Origin: an uncultured Verrucomicrobiae bacterium
GTDB taxonomy: Bacteria > Verrucomicrobiota > Verrucomicrobiia > Chthoniobacterales > JAFAMB01
DNA length: 64,000 bases
NCBI GenBank assembly: GCA_963813025.1
Contig: CAWEXO010000013.1
Span: 128,001 to 192,000, forward strand
Direction: 5' to 3'
The notes beneath the pieces were generated by a model. That model made no database searches. It was not told the DNA's origin and saw only the letters and a program-made list of their open reading frames with translations. Below, in pieces: positions 62,428 through 64,000 of the stretch; position 1 is the stretch's first letter, and each line of letters begins with the position of its first letter. A program made the translations under genes and the position numbers.

Positions 62428-62745
62428 TTAAGCAGCCGCGTTTTTGACCGCAGCCTTTGCGGAGAGCTTTTGATAATGCTGGAGAAAAACCACTGGGTCG
62501 AGCTTGAATTTACCGCGCAGCCTGGCGATCGCTCCCGGTTCCGCTTCGAAGACAAAATTAACGTAATACACTGAATCGACATGTCTCGGAGTATAAGGGA
62601 GTTGCCGTTTATCCATCTTCTGGACTTGCTCGATTTTCGCGTCCTCTTTTCCAAAATCTGCTTCGAGTCGCTCGATAAGTTCTTTTACACCGTCTTCCTG
62701 GCCTCGGGTATCGAGCGCCAACAAACATTCATAACGATTTATCAT
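62428..62745 (-). CDS. rpsF: 30S ribosomal protein S6
   Basis: RYE, RQL.Y, YY...F; upstream of ssb. Confidence 0.88.
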   Translation of the reverse strand: MINRYECLLALDTRGQEDGVKELIERLEADFGKEDAKIEQVQKMDKRQLPYTPRHVDSVYYVNFVFEAEPGAIARLRGKFKLDPVVFLQHYQKLSAKAAVKNAAA

Positions 62746-62752
62746 AGTGTTT

Positions 62753-63322
62753 TCAAATGATTTCTGCCCGATTGTAAAGATTCATCGCGGATACGATCCC
62801 CTCCCGAAGCACGTGCCGGATGGCTTCGACCGCCCGGCTTACGCCGGTTTCCACCGCCGATTTCTCTTCAGCGCTGAATTTCCCAAGTACGTGGTCGACA
62901 AGTTCATTGCCGCCGGCTACCGCCCCAATGCCCACCCGCAGCCGCATAAAGGATTCACCGAGATGCTCGATAACCGATTTCAGCCCATTGTGTCCACCAT
63001 CGCTGCCACCTTGGCGAAGACGCAATCGGCCGAGCGGTAAGGCGGCGTCATCGCTAACTACCAGCACCTGTTCCGGAGCGATCTTGTAATACTGGGCCAG
63101 TGGGCCGAGGGCGTCTCCACTGCGGTTCATAAACGTCATCGGCTTAACCAGCAGGACGTCACCCCAGCGGGCAAGGCACGCATGCCAGACTGATTTTTCG
63201 GCAAAAAGGACCTTATCCGCTTCAGCCAGATGATCCAGAACCATAAAACCAATATTGTGCCGGGTATGCGCGTACTGGCCTCCCGGATTGCCCAAGCCGG
63301 CAACCAGACGAAGCTCAGTCAT
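62753..63322 (-). CDS. pth: Peptidyl-tRNA hydrolase
   Basis: GLGNPG..Y..TRHNIGF, KP.TFMN.SG, GGHNGLKS. Confidence 0.96.
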   Translation of the reverse strand: MTELRLVAGLGNPGGQYAHTRHNIGFMVLDHLAEADKVLFAEKSVWHACLARWGDVLLVKPMTFMNRSGDALGPLAQYYKIAPEQVLVVSDDAALPLGRLRLRQGGSDGGHNGLKSVIEHLGESFMRLRVGIGAVAGGNELVDHVLGKFSAEEKSAVETGVSRAVEAIRHVLREGIVSAMNLYNRAEII

Positions 63323-63327
63323 AAGCC

Positions 63328-63996
63328 TCAACCCGCGGAACCCTCTGCCGCGCCCTCCTCTTTCTTGGCCGTAATTACCTCCGGGGCAGTTACCGGCGCT
63401 TCAGCTACCGTTTCCTCGGCTTCCACCCGCGGCTCCACCACGGCCACCACCGTCAGTTCACCGTCGTTCAGGGCTTTGACCCCGTCCGGCAGCCGCAAGT
63501 CACGCACATGCACCGAATCGCCTACGTTCAGATTGGACACATCGACATGGATCGCTTCCGGCAAGTCTTTCGGCAGACATTCCACTTCCAATCGCCGTAA
63601 AATATGCTCCAGCAACCCACCGAACGTCTTCACCCCGACCGCTTCACCGACCGTTTCAATCGATACCTCTGCCGAGACTTTCTCGGTGGCGGAAACCGCC
63701 TGGAAATCGACGTGCAGCAGTGCTGGCTGAAGCGGGTGATGTTGAACCTCCTGGATCAAGGCAAGCGCGCTCGTCCTGGCCGCGCCATCGACGATCTCGA
63801 GTTCGACCAGAATGTTTTCCCCAGCGCCATGCGAGAGCACCGTCTTGAGCTCACGCCCTTCCACTTCAAGTGGTACCGCTGCTTGATTCGCGCCATAAAT
63901 AATGCCGGGAACCAAGCCGCGGCGGCGTAGCCCCTTAATGTGATTGCGGCCAGTGACGGCTCGTCGATGCACGGTTAACTTCGCTTGTTGTGCCAT
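63328..63996 (-). CDS. rplY: 50S ribosomal protein L25/Ctc
   Basis: LRR.G.VP.IIYG, Q.HP....LHVDF, GEAVGVK..GG. Confidence 0.95.
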   Translation of the reverse strand: MAQQAKLTVHRRAVTGRNHIKGLRRRGLVPGIIYGANQAAVPLEVEGRELKTVLSHGAGENILVELEIVDGAARTSALALIQEVQHHPLQPALLHVDFQAVSATEKVSAEVSIETVGEAVGVKTFGGLLEHILRRLEVECLPKDLPEAIHVDVSNLNVGDSVHVRDLRLPDGVKALNDGELTVVAVVEPRVEAEETVAEAPVTAPEVITAKKEEGAAEGSAG

Positions 63997-64000
63997 GTTT

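Overview
A 64-kb, moderately GC-rich bacterial chromosomal segment that probably spans the replication origin (dnaA-dnaN, DnaA boxes). It is most likely Verrucomicrobiota (Chthoniobacterales-like); this is inferred from gene content such as the long N-terminally extended GreA and was not verified. Most of it is housekeeping: melA, argD/F/A, hppA, glgA, obgE, eno, greA, mreBCD-mrdA-rne, mog/moaAC, ubiD, pckG, ndk, tRNA-Leu, menG, an ECF42 sigma factor, Gld-like ABC genes, sucAB, ada-alkA/ogt, ssb-rpsF-pth-rplY. The standout is a complete IS110 element (~3626-5311) whose ~330-nt left non-coding end folds into a bridge-RNA-like structure. Its loop sequences can be matched by eye to the flanking target DNA and to the element's own ends. 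It is inserted in a palindromic REP/MITE-like repeat and carries an extra 5' hairpin whose loop mimics the target. Other accessory features: an IS630 and a highly structured MITE, both inserted in CTAG stop codons; a 3x~222-bp palindromic tandem array between dnaN and tRNA-Leu; inverted pairs of short tandem repeats in several intergenic regions; and two blocks of heavily frameshifted core genes, probably assembly artefacts.
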